Source: Mytilus edulis
Lineage: Eukaryota
NCBI RefSeq assembly: GCF_963676685.1
Contig: NC_092349.1
Location: forward strand, 77,500,001-77,564,000
DNA: 64,000 bases
Reading direction: 5' to 3'
The notes under the pieces were generated by a model. It had not been told where the DNA came from. It saw nothing but the letters and a program-made list of their open reading frames with translations, and ran no database searches. A program made the translations under genes and the position numbers. Shown here piece after piece: positions 53,486 to 64,000 of the stretch (its first letter is position 1; each line of letters opens with the position of its first letter).

Positions 53486-55640
53486 TGAGTATCCAACCTC
53501 ATGCTAGTCCCTATCCACATTGACATATTAACAGCTGTTATGTTAACCCCCAAAAACACCGACCCACAAGAACATATTTAATGTTTCAGCGAATGAATAT
53601 TTCGATTATTGCCGGAACTAGGCCTTTAGATTGTTGCGCGCCTAAACATATTTAAAGCATTGGCGTATGGATATTTCGAATATTGCCGGAACTACTTAAA
53701 CGTATTCTATACTTGGGCCGAAGTTTCTATAAATTTGATATTATTTGTCGCGCTATAATAGTACACTACGCTGTAAAAATCTTTTTGAGATAGAGCAGAC
53801 GCGATTTTTTAAAATTTATATTTATTGTCTAAAAGAAATGCACTAAGAAATTAACTGTGTTCTCGGGTCATTTTTCTATTCAGATTGATATAAACCAGTA
53901 ATTCTTCGTTACAATAAAAATAACATGTAGAAAAACCAACAATACCACGACCAAACAAAGCAATTAAAAGAAAACATCAGTACAAAATACTACCAGTGGA
54001 ATAAAGACCGTGTAACACGCACACAGTCAGAAATAGTAAAAAAGTGAATAATCTGTGGCACCCAGGGTAGACTAGGTTGATCCTTCTTCAGAATTGAAAC
54101 CCATGGCTTTCTTCGTTTCAAGAGCAACTCGGTGTAAATGTGACAGTCGATGAAAAGAAGCCATTATCATTTTGAACATATCCGTGGTACAGTCTGTATG
54201 CTATGTCACAGATATACTATGATCCTTTGGTTTGAAGGAAGTTAGATCATCGGTCAGTCGTATAATAATAATTTCCAACTGGCATATGAGACATGTAAAT
54301 CCTATCCGGTTAAATCTTGTTATTTTTTAAGTAAAGTAAATTCGACAGCCGCTTGAATTTTATATGATGCTAATCTTTAATCTAGATATTTAATAGTTCA
54401 CATTAATCTCTAAATATGCAATTTTCAATATTTTTGGCTTTAAAAGTAATTTATTAACCCAAGCAAAATATCCTTGATTTCAAAATTGTGAGGTAATCAT
54501 AAATGGTATGTCTTTAAAGTGCCGTTGCCCTCCTTCTTATGTAACTTTGAATTATTAGGTCAGTTTGATTTAATATCTAAAAGCATTTGGGTTTTTTTCC
54601 TTCAAAATATGAAAAAACTACTGAATTTCAAAATTGCGATAGAGAAGTGTAACAACCTACCTTTTTCAATGCAGACAGACTGAATCCCAAAAGTACAGAA
54701 AATGTTAATAAATAAATTTTAAAAAGTTACAAAATGAAAATTTCTGCAATAAAAGAAGAAAACTGTTTAAAACTGTTCTTTTGCTAGTCTATTTTGTAAA
54801 TAATTTAAGAGCATGCAAAAAAAAACTAACAATATGCACATAAACAACTTGTTTATTGAGCTGTTAATGCATGAATGAATATCAGACGTATTATATGTAA
54901 TTAGTTGTTGGTGACATATGCAAAATGCATTGTTTGCACATTGTAATGTAGAACGAACGTGACTCAAAGCAGAAAAACTTCTACCATACGATTTATAATA
55001 AATTATATTCAATAAGTGTGCATATTGCGGAATGCACATTTTTCTTGTGTTTGATCCCTAATGTTTATTATTTTGCACGCGTTGTACCCTCTTGTTATTT
55101 GAATTGTTTGGTCACGGGTTGCTTTAATGTTGTAACATATTGTCAGTGTTTTCGCCCATTTTTCCGGAGTCCCCAATTACAGACTCTAATGCTTTAAACG
55201 GGCACACAAGAATGTTCAAAATTAGGTCATGTGAGTTCAATTGCGTTCAGACCAGACGGAACATGAATATATATATAGGAAGATGTGGTATGAGTGCCAA
55301 TGAGACAACTCTCCATCCAAGTTACACCTGAGACTACTATAACACAGGTTGCACATTCAGTATTCATATTTAGTAATATTCTTAGAGTGTAGTATAAACT
55401 ATTTATTGATGAGGTTCAAACAGATTTTAAGTTTGTAATTTTGTTATAAAAATCAAATTTCTGTCCCATCATAAATTATAGGCTATAACTATTCCCTTCA
55501 TCCCTCTCTTTTCTCTGCATCATTGAGAATAGTCACAGTGGATGTTGTCTTGATAAATTTTCAGTCTCGGCCTGATCAAGTGTATCTTTGAGCATTACCT
55601 GGCTTTATTGTGCAAATACTTCACATATATGTGACCCGCC

Positions 55641-56857
55641 CAGGGGCGGATCCAGGACCTCGATGTCTAGGGGGGCACCATGAACTATTTTTTTTTTATA
55701 TAAATATATATATATATGCGAGTGTGAGTGGGTGCTAGGTTTGTTTTGTTTTGTTTTTTTTGTGTTTTTCGTGTGTGTTTTTTTTTGGGGGGGGGAGGGG
55801 AGGGGGGTAAATCATTAGTTCTGTATTTCGATATGTTTTAAGTTTTTTACTTTTCACTTTACTGCCAACTGATCTTTGTAATATTCGACAAAAACATGCA
55901 TCAAATATTTGCCACTGGACGTTTAACAACCATGCAACAACCAAACAATATTTTCTTTATATTTCATCACCTCTATATTTTTATATCTATATTTTTTGGC
56001 TTCGCTTGCAGACTTACTTTTTTGCACATTATTCTAATATCTGCAAAACACCTTCATATCTTCATAAATTGTGACCTGTTGCATAGCCTCATACATGTAC
56101 ATGGTAATTGAAACAAGAACAATAAAAACTAATATAACTGCATGCTTCGGCTTTTAGAGAAATGTATCAGTCCTAAACTCTGTTTCAAACTAAATTTTAA
56201 CGAAAATCAAATAGCATTTTATTAATGATTATTTAATAGGAAATGTCAATTTATTTTTCCTGGACGGGGGAAAGCATAAGAGGAAGGGGAGGGGGAGTAA
56301 AACAAATCCCTTCAAAAAATAAGAGTGGAATAAAATATGACATTCCTTTTTAAAAAAACATATATCTTCTAAGTTATAAAAAAAAAAGAAATAGTTTAAT
56401 TTGTTGCTGAATAAATTTACAAAAAGAAAGTTTTGGAAAAAACGTACATTAACAGGAAATGTTAAAGTTTGTACCTATTCTTCAAATACACAGATCAGAA
56501 GTTTCACCTGGTTATCGATCTTAATCGGTATTGTATTATTATACACCAATACAAATTTGTACTATTCCAATCATAATGTAAATGTATTTTACATAAAAGC
56601 TTTTGCATAGGGACATTACACACTGGTGTCAATATTTACACATCCACCGATAAGTTGTCATAAATCACGCATGGGGACGCTGGTATTAATTAACGACCAG
56701 TTTAAAAAGTCTAATCAAGCTGTGACCATTTCCGCACTAGATAAATGCTAGATTAGACAAGTTTCAGTAGCGATAAAATTATGTTAGAAAAAAAATTTTG
56801 ACGACCTGAACTGGGGGGGCACGTGCCCCCTGTGCCCCCCCGGTAAATCCGCCACTG
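55641..56857. mobile_element. hAT-like non-autonomous element with 6-bp TSD
   Basis: CAGGGGCGGAT...ATCCGCCACTG termini; G/C-run subtermini; TSD CCCGCC at 55635-40 and 56858-63. Confidence 0.8.
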
Positions 56858-57100
56858 CCCGCCATGACATTTGCAGGCTTATTGAGGTAGAACGTCATTG
56901 TTAGAAAGATTATAAACATGATAAATATCGAGATTCAATGAAATACGTATTGCAAAGAAGAGATGAACACTTTCCTTGGCTTCTTTTTTGCGGACGCCGA
57001 ATTATACATCATATATAAGTTTTGTAGAATTTTTAGTTTATTGTGTGAAGTGAAAAGTATTTGAATCTACATTTTAAATTGATACAAAAAAAAAAAATTT

Positions 57101-57591
57101 CTGCTCTATAGATTTCCTTTCATAAATGAAGTCTGAAATATATCCATAATAATAAATGCACCGTATTAAATGCATTTAAGAGAACACCTACTTATAAACT
57201 GTTACGTGTTGCATACTATGTAAAGAGACATGCATAATAAATCTTGAATAAAAAGAAGGAATTCTTAAAGCTTATTTTGACAAATTTTAAACATATTTCA
57301 ACAAGTTTAAATTACATGTTCTAGAATAGAGCTACAAACAAAACAAAAATGCTGAGACTGCTCTAAAGATTTTTTTTTCATAAATGAAGTCTGAAATATA
57401 TCCATAATAAATTCACCGAATTAAATGCATATATGAGAACACCTCATAAACTGTTACGCGTCGTATACTATGTTTAGAGACATGCATAATAAATGTAAAT
57501 TAAAAAAAAAGAGGAATTTTTAGAGTTTATATTGACAAATTTTAAGCTAACTTCATTTCAACAAGTTTAAATTACATGTTCTAAAATAGAG
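57101..57591. repeat. ~257-bp tandem duplication
   Basis: ctgctcta..tttcataaatgaagtctgaaatatatccataat...caagtttaaattacatgttct occurs twice. Confidence 0.9.
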
Positions 57592-57962
57592 ATCAGAATT
57601 GTTTGTATTGTAGTAAATTTAAGTCTTTGATATTTTATTCAAATACGCTATTGAACATCACCAAGAGCCAATAAATACAATTTTGTGTTTTATAAATTAG
57701 TGCCTTCAATAAATAAAAGTCGTCATAGAACAGTCTCATTTCCATACCGGTATTCGAAATGACTCGTTGCTTTTACAACAAAAATGTCATAAAAACATGA
57801 CTAGGTCTTCTAGATAAATATACAAAAAGCAAATTTTAGACAATGTACCCTCCTAAGCCTTGAAGTGGTTTGTCACATATAGTTAATGGCGTTTTTCTCA
57901 CAATGACTTTCTACCCCCATAAGCCTACGGAAGCCGATAAGGGCCATTCAAAAAAAAAAAAT

Positions 57963-58263
57963 TATGTCGTAATTACGACATAGCATGTCGTAATTTCGAC
58001 ATAACATGTCGTTATTACGACATAGATGTGTCGTAATTTCGACATAACATGTCGTTATAACGACATTGCTATGTCGTAATTTCGACATAACATGTCGTTA
58101 TTACGACATCGCTATGTCGTAATTTCGACATAACATGTCGTTATAACGACATCGCTATGTCGTAATTTCGACATAACATGTCGTTATAACGACATCGCTA
58201 TGTCGTAATTTTGACATATCATGTCGTAATAACGGCATCACTATGTCGTAATAACGACATCGC
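57963..58263. repeat. ~43-bp tandem array of paired CGACAT/ATGTCG hairpins, left arm
   Basis: Unit acgacatcgctatgtcgtaatttcgacataacatgtcgttata, ~7 copies. Confidence 0.92.
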
Positions 58264-58273
58264 TTTATATATA

Positions 58274-58550
58274 CCAACTCTCATGTGCCTAGGAAATTAC
58301 ATTATTAAAAGTTTAGAAATAAGATCTAGATGTAAACAAAATATATGAAATAATATAATATCTTATTGTTATAAGACCTAATATAATAGTTATATAAAAC
58401 ACATGTTGTGTTAGGCTCTGATCCTGTCCATAATGTTATAGTATGGTATAGTTTTCTGTTTTGCTTTTTCCAATCATATTGTGTTGTAAAATGATGCCCT
58501 TTATGGGTTCTTGATTAGATTAATAAAATTCTTATCTTATCTTATCTTAT
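58274..58550 (+). mobile_element. 5'-truncated LINE 3' end (CR1/L2-group-like)
   Basis: Absent from the mirror arm; begins with ORF tail PTLMCLGNYIIKSLEIRSRCKQNI* (stop 58346-48); AATAAA at 58522; ends in (CTTAT)4; inserted in a TATATA site. Confidence 0.7.
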
Positions 58551-61500
58551 ATAAAAGAATATGTATTATGATTGCCAATAGACTAAATGACACAGAAATT
58601 AACAACTATAGGTCATCATAATGCCCCCAATAATTAGAAAAGCCCCACATAGTCAGCTATAAAAGAGGGAGGAAAGATACCAGAGGGAGAGCCCCCGAAA
58701 TGCTGTGTGGCAGACAGTGTTATTAATTAATTATTAGCTCCCTTGGTAAAACTCCAAATTTCATATTTAATGTATTTCATTGTTAAATAATTTGCATGAA
58801 GCTTAATAAGTACATATTTGTTAATTGCATAGACTTTGCTATTTGAATTCATTGGTTAAAGATATTTATTTATATTGTAAAGTTTAATATTTGTATCGTC
58901 GCAAAATCTTTGGTTACCTTCTTTGAATAGATTCTGTTAGAAATTTATATATTTTATAGATCCCATGTAATTACACCGACCTTGTATGATAAGTCTAACA
59001 TTCATTCCTAGCAAGGCAAGCTATCCATCTCCCTACAAATAAATGCAAACTTCAAGGCTTTTTGTAATATTATTGTATTGAAGTATTGATTGCTCTTTTT
59101 CTACTTTCAAACGTTGGGCACGATGTTCCTACAACGCCTAGGATTTAAAACAGAATCTTCGAAATTTCATCCGCAAAACAAAATAAAAATAAAAATGTTA
59201 GAAAACACGAAACAATATTGTAACAAATTCAGTATATGTTTTAAATTATGTTTTTACAGCTCTTGATCATATACTAAGTAATATCTAGTTTATTTGAGGA
59301 TTAAAATAAGAAAGCTTTGTGAAAAAAACGGATGTCCAACGTTACATTTATGAAAAACTGTTTTAACCCTTATGTATAGTGATCCTATTTCTTATTCTCT
59401 GATCTTCTTGATTCTTGGCAGGAACAACGACATGTGTTGGTTCTCTGTGCCGTTAAAGCCGTTATTTTGCCAAATTTCATTTGACTCGGTGACTGCATAT
59501 TAAGCTGGAATAAGAAAAATGTCCAACGACGTTTTTCATTAACTCAACGACTGAAAGTGAATGTTATAAGTAGATACAGCAGAAAATGAATAAAAAGAGT
59601 AAGACAATAATAATATCTAACAAAAGTACAAATATTTGCCTCATGTGAGTTCAAATATTGCTGATTCAATAAAAATCTTCTCTACACAGTCGTTTTTCAA
59701 ACGGTAGCCATTTTGTCCAAGTTGATATTTCATTTTTCAAAGCAGTTAACGCGTATTTTTTATAATTAATAAAAACAAAAGTTAGATACACGAAGAGTAA
59801 AAAATGCCAATATTCTTTTCTTATTACCTACATATTTGGGTCTTAAAGGAATAAAATGCTTCCACACATTACAAAACGGTAGCCAATTTGTCCAAACGTC
59901 TGAAAACGTCTAAAATCCTAAAGACGCTAATTTCCGACGTTACATGTGGTAAAGTTTCAATTAAATGTTCATGATAATTAAAACAAATCGTGTTATAAAA
60001 TTTGGAAAAAGAGGTTGATGATTGCTGCCGAAAAAAAAAGAATAGTGCATGTTGCTATAGACTCCGCCCGAGGACATAGGTTCGACACAGGTTAAATTTT
60101 GCAATTTTTATTAATCGTTTATAGCTTTTAACGATTTATTTAAAAGAATTGGGAAATGGGGAAAACATCCCATTACATGAACTTCGTCCAACTTTTGCAA
60201 AGACACCAAGACAGTCCTCTAAATGTAAAATGCGAATTGAAAGTTATGTTACGGAAGTACTCCGAAATAGATCATTTAAAGTCGTCACTTCAGTAAGGTG
60301 CAATCACCAAAATTTAAAGACTTAATACCAGTTCACGGAATGTTTTACTTCGCGATTTGTCCTGCTATTCATGTTAACTTATAACGGTCGTGATGAAAAT
60401 ATTTCCTGTACTAGCGAAGCCGGAACTTTTCGTCAATATAAACTTGTGCATGAAATGGAGGTAATTGAAAGACGAATCCCAAACAGCAACGAAAACCGTT
60501 TCATCGAATTAATAAAAACCCTGGATTATATTTGCCGTTTTCGCGGACGATCCAGGAGTAGATTACTATACTTTAGAATATATATCAGAAGTTAAACGCT
60601 ATAGATGACTTGGGAAATAATTTTCAAGCCAAGGTTCAAGTAATTGAAGGGGTGTATTTCGACAACTTATGTGCCAGGGAAAATACAATTCTATTCAAAT
60701 TTTACCAAGGGTAAAAATGTTCGATTTACTTGCAGAGTGTCAGATATATTTGTATTGGTTGAATTAAGATATAGAAATTTTACAATGACAGATGATATGC
60801 ACCTTGAAAGTTAAACATCCTATGATTAAACAAAAATATGGAAAACCGTGTGCATGTACTACCGTCCCATCTTTCCTTCCTACATTACTTGCGACAGTAC
60901 TGCATTTTTAGTTGAAATAAATTAAAGAGTAAACATTATTAAATCGATTTCCACAACTCGAGGTAATTTTTGACATCACAAAACGAACAGAACCAGAATC
61001 AACCAACAATATGAAAAACCGAATAAAACTTGCAAAAATTCGACGCCGCATGTTAAAGTGAAACGTCGTGTTGTAGGAATGTCGTGCCCAACGTTTGAAA
61101 GTAGAAATAGAGCTATCAATACTTCAATTCGCCCTTATTACAAGAAGCCATGTAGTTTGCGCTTATATAAAGGGAGATGGAATGCTTGCCATGCAATGCC
61201 AGTCCTCATATATTTCCACGTCTTATTTGTTTATTTCAAACTTGTCTGGCTGTACAGCCCTTCCATGGCAGGTAACTTTTAAAACTTCGACGGGATTTTA
61301 AAAATATATAAGTTTCTCACTGAAGGTATCCAAAGAAGGTAACCAAAGATTTTGCAACGATGCAAATATTAAACTTTACAATGTAAATAAAAAATCTTCA
61401 ACCAATGAATTCAAATAGCAAAACCTATGCAATTAACAAATATATACTTATTAAGCTTCATGTAAATTATTTAACAATGAAATACATTAAATATGAAATT

Positions 61501-61713
61501 TGGATTTTTACCAAGGGAGCTAATAATTAATTAATAACACTGTCTGCCACACAGCATTTCGGGGACTCTCCCTTTTGGTATCTTTCCTCCCTCTTTTATA
61601 GCTGACTAATCGGGGGCTTTTCTCATTATTGGGGGCATGATGATGACCCATAGTTGTTAATTTCTTTGTCATTTAGTCTCTTGGCAATCATAATACATAT
61701 TCTTTTATATATA

Positions 61714-61950
61714 GCGATGTCGTTATTACGACATAGCTATGTCGTTTTAACGACATAGTGATGTCGTTATTACGACATGATATGTCGAAATTACGACATA
61801 GCGATGTCGTTATAACGACATGTTATGTCAAAATTACGACATAGCGATGTCGTTATAACGACATGTTATGTCGAAATTACGACATAGCGATGTCGTAATA
61901 ACGACATGTTATGTCGAATTACGACATGCTATGTCGTAATTACGACATAA
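61714..61950. repeat. ~43-bp hairpin tandem array, right arm
   Basis: Inverted counterpart of 57963-58263, ~5.5 copies. Confidence 0.92.
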
Positions 61951-63602
61951 AATATTTTTTTTGAATGGCCCTTATCGGCTTCCGTATAAGCCTGCATGGA
62001 TATGTCGTGGCTGGTCACATATGTGATAGTGCTAAGCTCTTTTTGTAAACTACGTTTTACACAGAGACAGCTTTCAACCGAAATGTAAGCACCACAATTA
62101 AATTAATGTAAGATTTAAAATGATTTTTTTTTATTTACTTCCATGCTGTTGGTTACTTTTCTTTTACATTGTGACTTGGATGGAGAGTTGTCTCATACCA
62201 CATTTTCTTATTTGTTTAGTATTAGGAAAGAGAATACGTATTGTGTTCTAAATCTTAATTCAAAATCTAAACATACATGTAACGTTGATGCCTTAGGAAA
62301 AATGGATCCCCCTTTTATAATTCCTTTTTTCCCGAGGGCATCGTCTGAGGTAAATGTATTTTCGAGGGTAAACAAGTCTTTTATATCTCCTTAAGACCTG
62401 GAAAATGAATGTTGTAGGTAAATGTTATTTCATATATACTCGCTTGCTTTTTATAATTACATGGCATAAATAGTAAATGATAACATTTTTTAATAAATAA
62501 AAAAAAAATTTGATCATAGACCTGATATCAACATTGATTTCAGTGTATAAAAAGCGTTTAAATGGTTACCGTATGTAAACCGCGCGAGAAGTCCAGTAGG
62601 GAATACGATGTTTTGTTCAATGTCGCAGTGAAATAAAATAGTTCATCAATATTTATCAGTGTTTGATATTGTATATAAAAAATCATTGCATTTTTATCTA
62701 GATATTTTCAATTTCTTTTCAGACAATTCATTTTGTATCGATTAGCGCAGTTGAAAAAAAGCAACTCAAAACTCTCTGGAATTTTGACAATGAAATTAAC
62801 TGGCTGAAGTATAGTGTTTAAAAAGTACTGAATTCAAAACAGTGAGGTATGGAATAATGTGTTTATATCAATCCAAAAATCGTAATGTTAAAAGAGCAAA
62901 TCAAATTTCTATGGCGACGTCATTAATTATTCGTAAAGTCGTCATTTTTATCTCATATTTTATCAAATTTCGACTAAAATAACTTAAACAGGATCTTTGT
63001 TCATTAGGACTTTGTTTTTTTTCTTTCAAATAACTAACATATAAATAATGACAGACAACTAACTGATTTATCGAAAGGCCCTCATATCTATAAATGTGAA
63101 AAGTCATATGAATGACAAAAAATAATGTATTAAAAAGAAAAAAACATTAATTTTAAAACAGGCATGCAGGAAAAATTAATGTTGATTTTATAATTATTTT
63201 TTTAATCACTATTTGGATTAGTATTATTAAAGGGAATACTGCAGTGTATGTCACATCATACAGCAAACAAACGATACAAACAGTCAAGAAACAGAGGTCT
63301 ATTTAATATGTCAAACTCTTAATAGGCTGGTTCTCTCCCTTGCAACATACGGGTATCTCAGATACCTATGTCTGTCAAAGCCAAACAGATAAAGGACAGA
63401 GAACCAGTCTAAGCCCTCATTCGCCACTAGACTACAGAAAAAAACTATAAAGTATGTCTCACTTTCATTGAAGTAATATTTTCTAGTAATCATAAGATAT
63501 GTGTCAATTTGTGTGATTGAAGACACATTTAGGAGCAACTGCTTTTACTTTCGTGTATTAATGTCAAATATTTGTTCAACTTCTTTTTTACAAAAAAAAA
63601 AT

Positions 63603-63807
63603 CGACCAAAAAATAATTTTATTCGCTGTTTCAGAATCTAAAGAATCATGGGTAATTTCATTGTTCGTACCCCAAAATGAAAATAACGCCACGTCATTGG
63701 TTAAATTTCCATTGTTTATGACATTTTTAACCAATCAGGACGTTGTGGTGTACACTTTTGAAAATATTACCCAGGATGCATTAGATTCTGAAACGGCGAA
63801 TTGGTCG
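63603..63807. mobile_element. Small fold-back MITE
   Basis: attcgctgtttcagaatctaaagaatcatgggtaat / attacccaggatgcattagattctgaaacggcgaat arms; inner attggttaaa / tttaaccaat pair. Confidence 0.75.
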
Positions 63808-64000
63808 CCTTATTATGAGATTCTGGAATGTGTCGTCATTCAGTTTTATTACTAATTACAAGTTCTACGGATCAGGTATTGAAAAAGGTAGTGATCAACT
63901 AGCTAAATAATTTAGGTATTGAAATGCTAGTATATGAAAATAAACGTTTTTTGTCATTTCATTATAATATTTGAAGAAAAGAGATGTGGCGATTTTTCCT

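Larger units (their letters stand above)
52085..53719. mobile_element. Non-autonomous DNA transposon with GG..CC ends and 8-bp TSD (Merlin- or MuDR-like)
   Basis: TIR GGATCAAGTATAGAATACGT / ACGTATTCTATACTTGGGCC (18/20); TSD GAAGTTTC at 52077-84 and 53720-27; subterminal direct repeats at both ends. Confidence 0.85.
51358..53880. mobile_element. Probable host MITE interrupted by two younger insertions
   Basis: Removing 51439-52037 and 52085-53719 with one TSD copy each restores ...ttttagaccccttaacacagaattg...ctggtagaagtttctataaatttg..., which I recall as one dispersed repeat. Termini are poorly defined. Confidence 0.4.
57926..61986. mobile_element. 4061-bp fold-back non-autonomous transposon, IS3EU-like
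   Basis: TACGGAAGCCGATAAGGGCCATTCAAAA... / ...TTGAATGGCCCTTATCGGCTTCCGTA; TSD TAAGCC at 57920-25 and 61987-92. TAY..RTA ends with a 6-bp TSD fit IS3EU. Inverted arms run to ~59140 and ~61065. Confidence 0.85.
55631..62018. mobile_element. Outer non-autonomous transposon ATAT|GTGAC...GTCAC|ATAT (possibly Sola1-type), both TIRs interrupted
   Basis: Reconstructed left end gtgacccgccatgacatttgcaggcttattgaggtagaacgtcattgt matches the reverse complement of reconstructed right end acaatgactttctacccccataagcctgcatggatatgtcgtggctggtcac; ATAT on both flanks. Confidence 0.75.

Noticed and set aside
57963-58263. CRISPR-like appearance of palindromic repeats (also 52301-53485 and 61714-61950)
   Set aside because: No unique spacers, no cas genes, eukaryotic context; the arrays lie inside TIR/TSD-bounded transposons.
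59390-59470. Minus-strand NGTENQHMSLF resembling a DxGTEN transposase motif inside the IS3EU-like element
   Set aside because: One short motif with a stop soon after and no other transposase blocks; likely chance.

Overview
AT-rich, repeat-dense eukaryotic DNA. The dispersed repeat families look like those of bivalves, probably a Mytilus-type mussel; this is recognition from memory, not a database result. The only intact protein-coding unit is a ~5.8 kb tyrosine-recombinase (YR) retrotransposon of Ngaro/DIRS type at ~39.5-45.3 kb, with four ORFs: gag-like zinc knuckle, RT-RNase H, YR and SGNH hydrolase. Three features of it stand out. (1) A phase-1 splice donor in gag matches phase-1 acceptors in front of RT, YR and the ATG-less hydrolase, suggesting one leader exon serves several products. 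(2) The element shows no split direct repeats and sits at the centre of a split palindromic element. (3) Its 3' end can fold into a multi-hairpin RNA closed by a 16-bp inverted repeat. The rest of the window is non-autonomous transposon material: two deeply nested clusters (51.4-53.9 kb and 55.6-62.0 kb) whose TIRs and TSDs can be read directly, a Helitron, a HINE-like element, Kolobok-like MITEs, Penelope-like and LINE 3' fragments, and minisatellites. There are also decayed exon-like segments, the best being a possible type-I membrane protein pseudogene at 15.7-24.4 kb. No rRNA, tRNA or CRISPR array was seen. Most short ORFs in the track are spurious.
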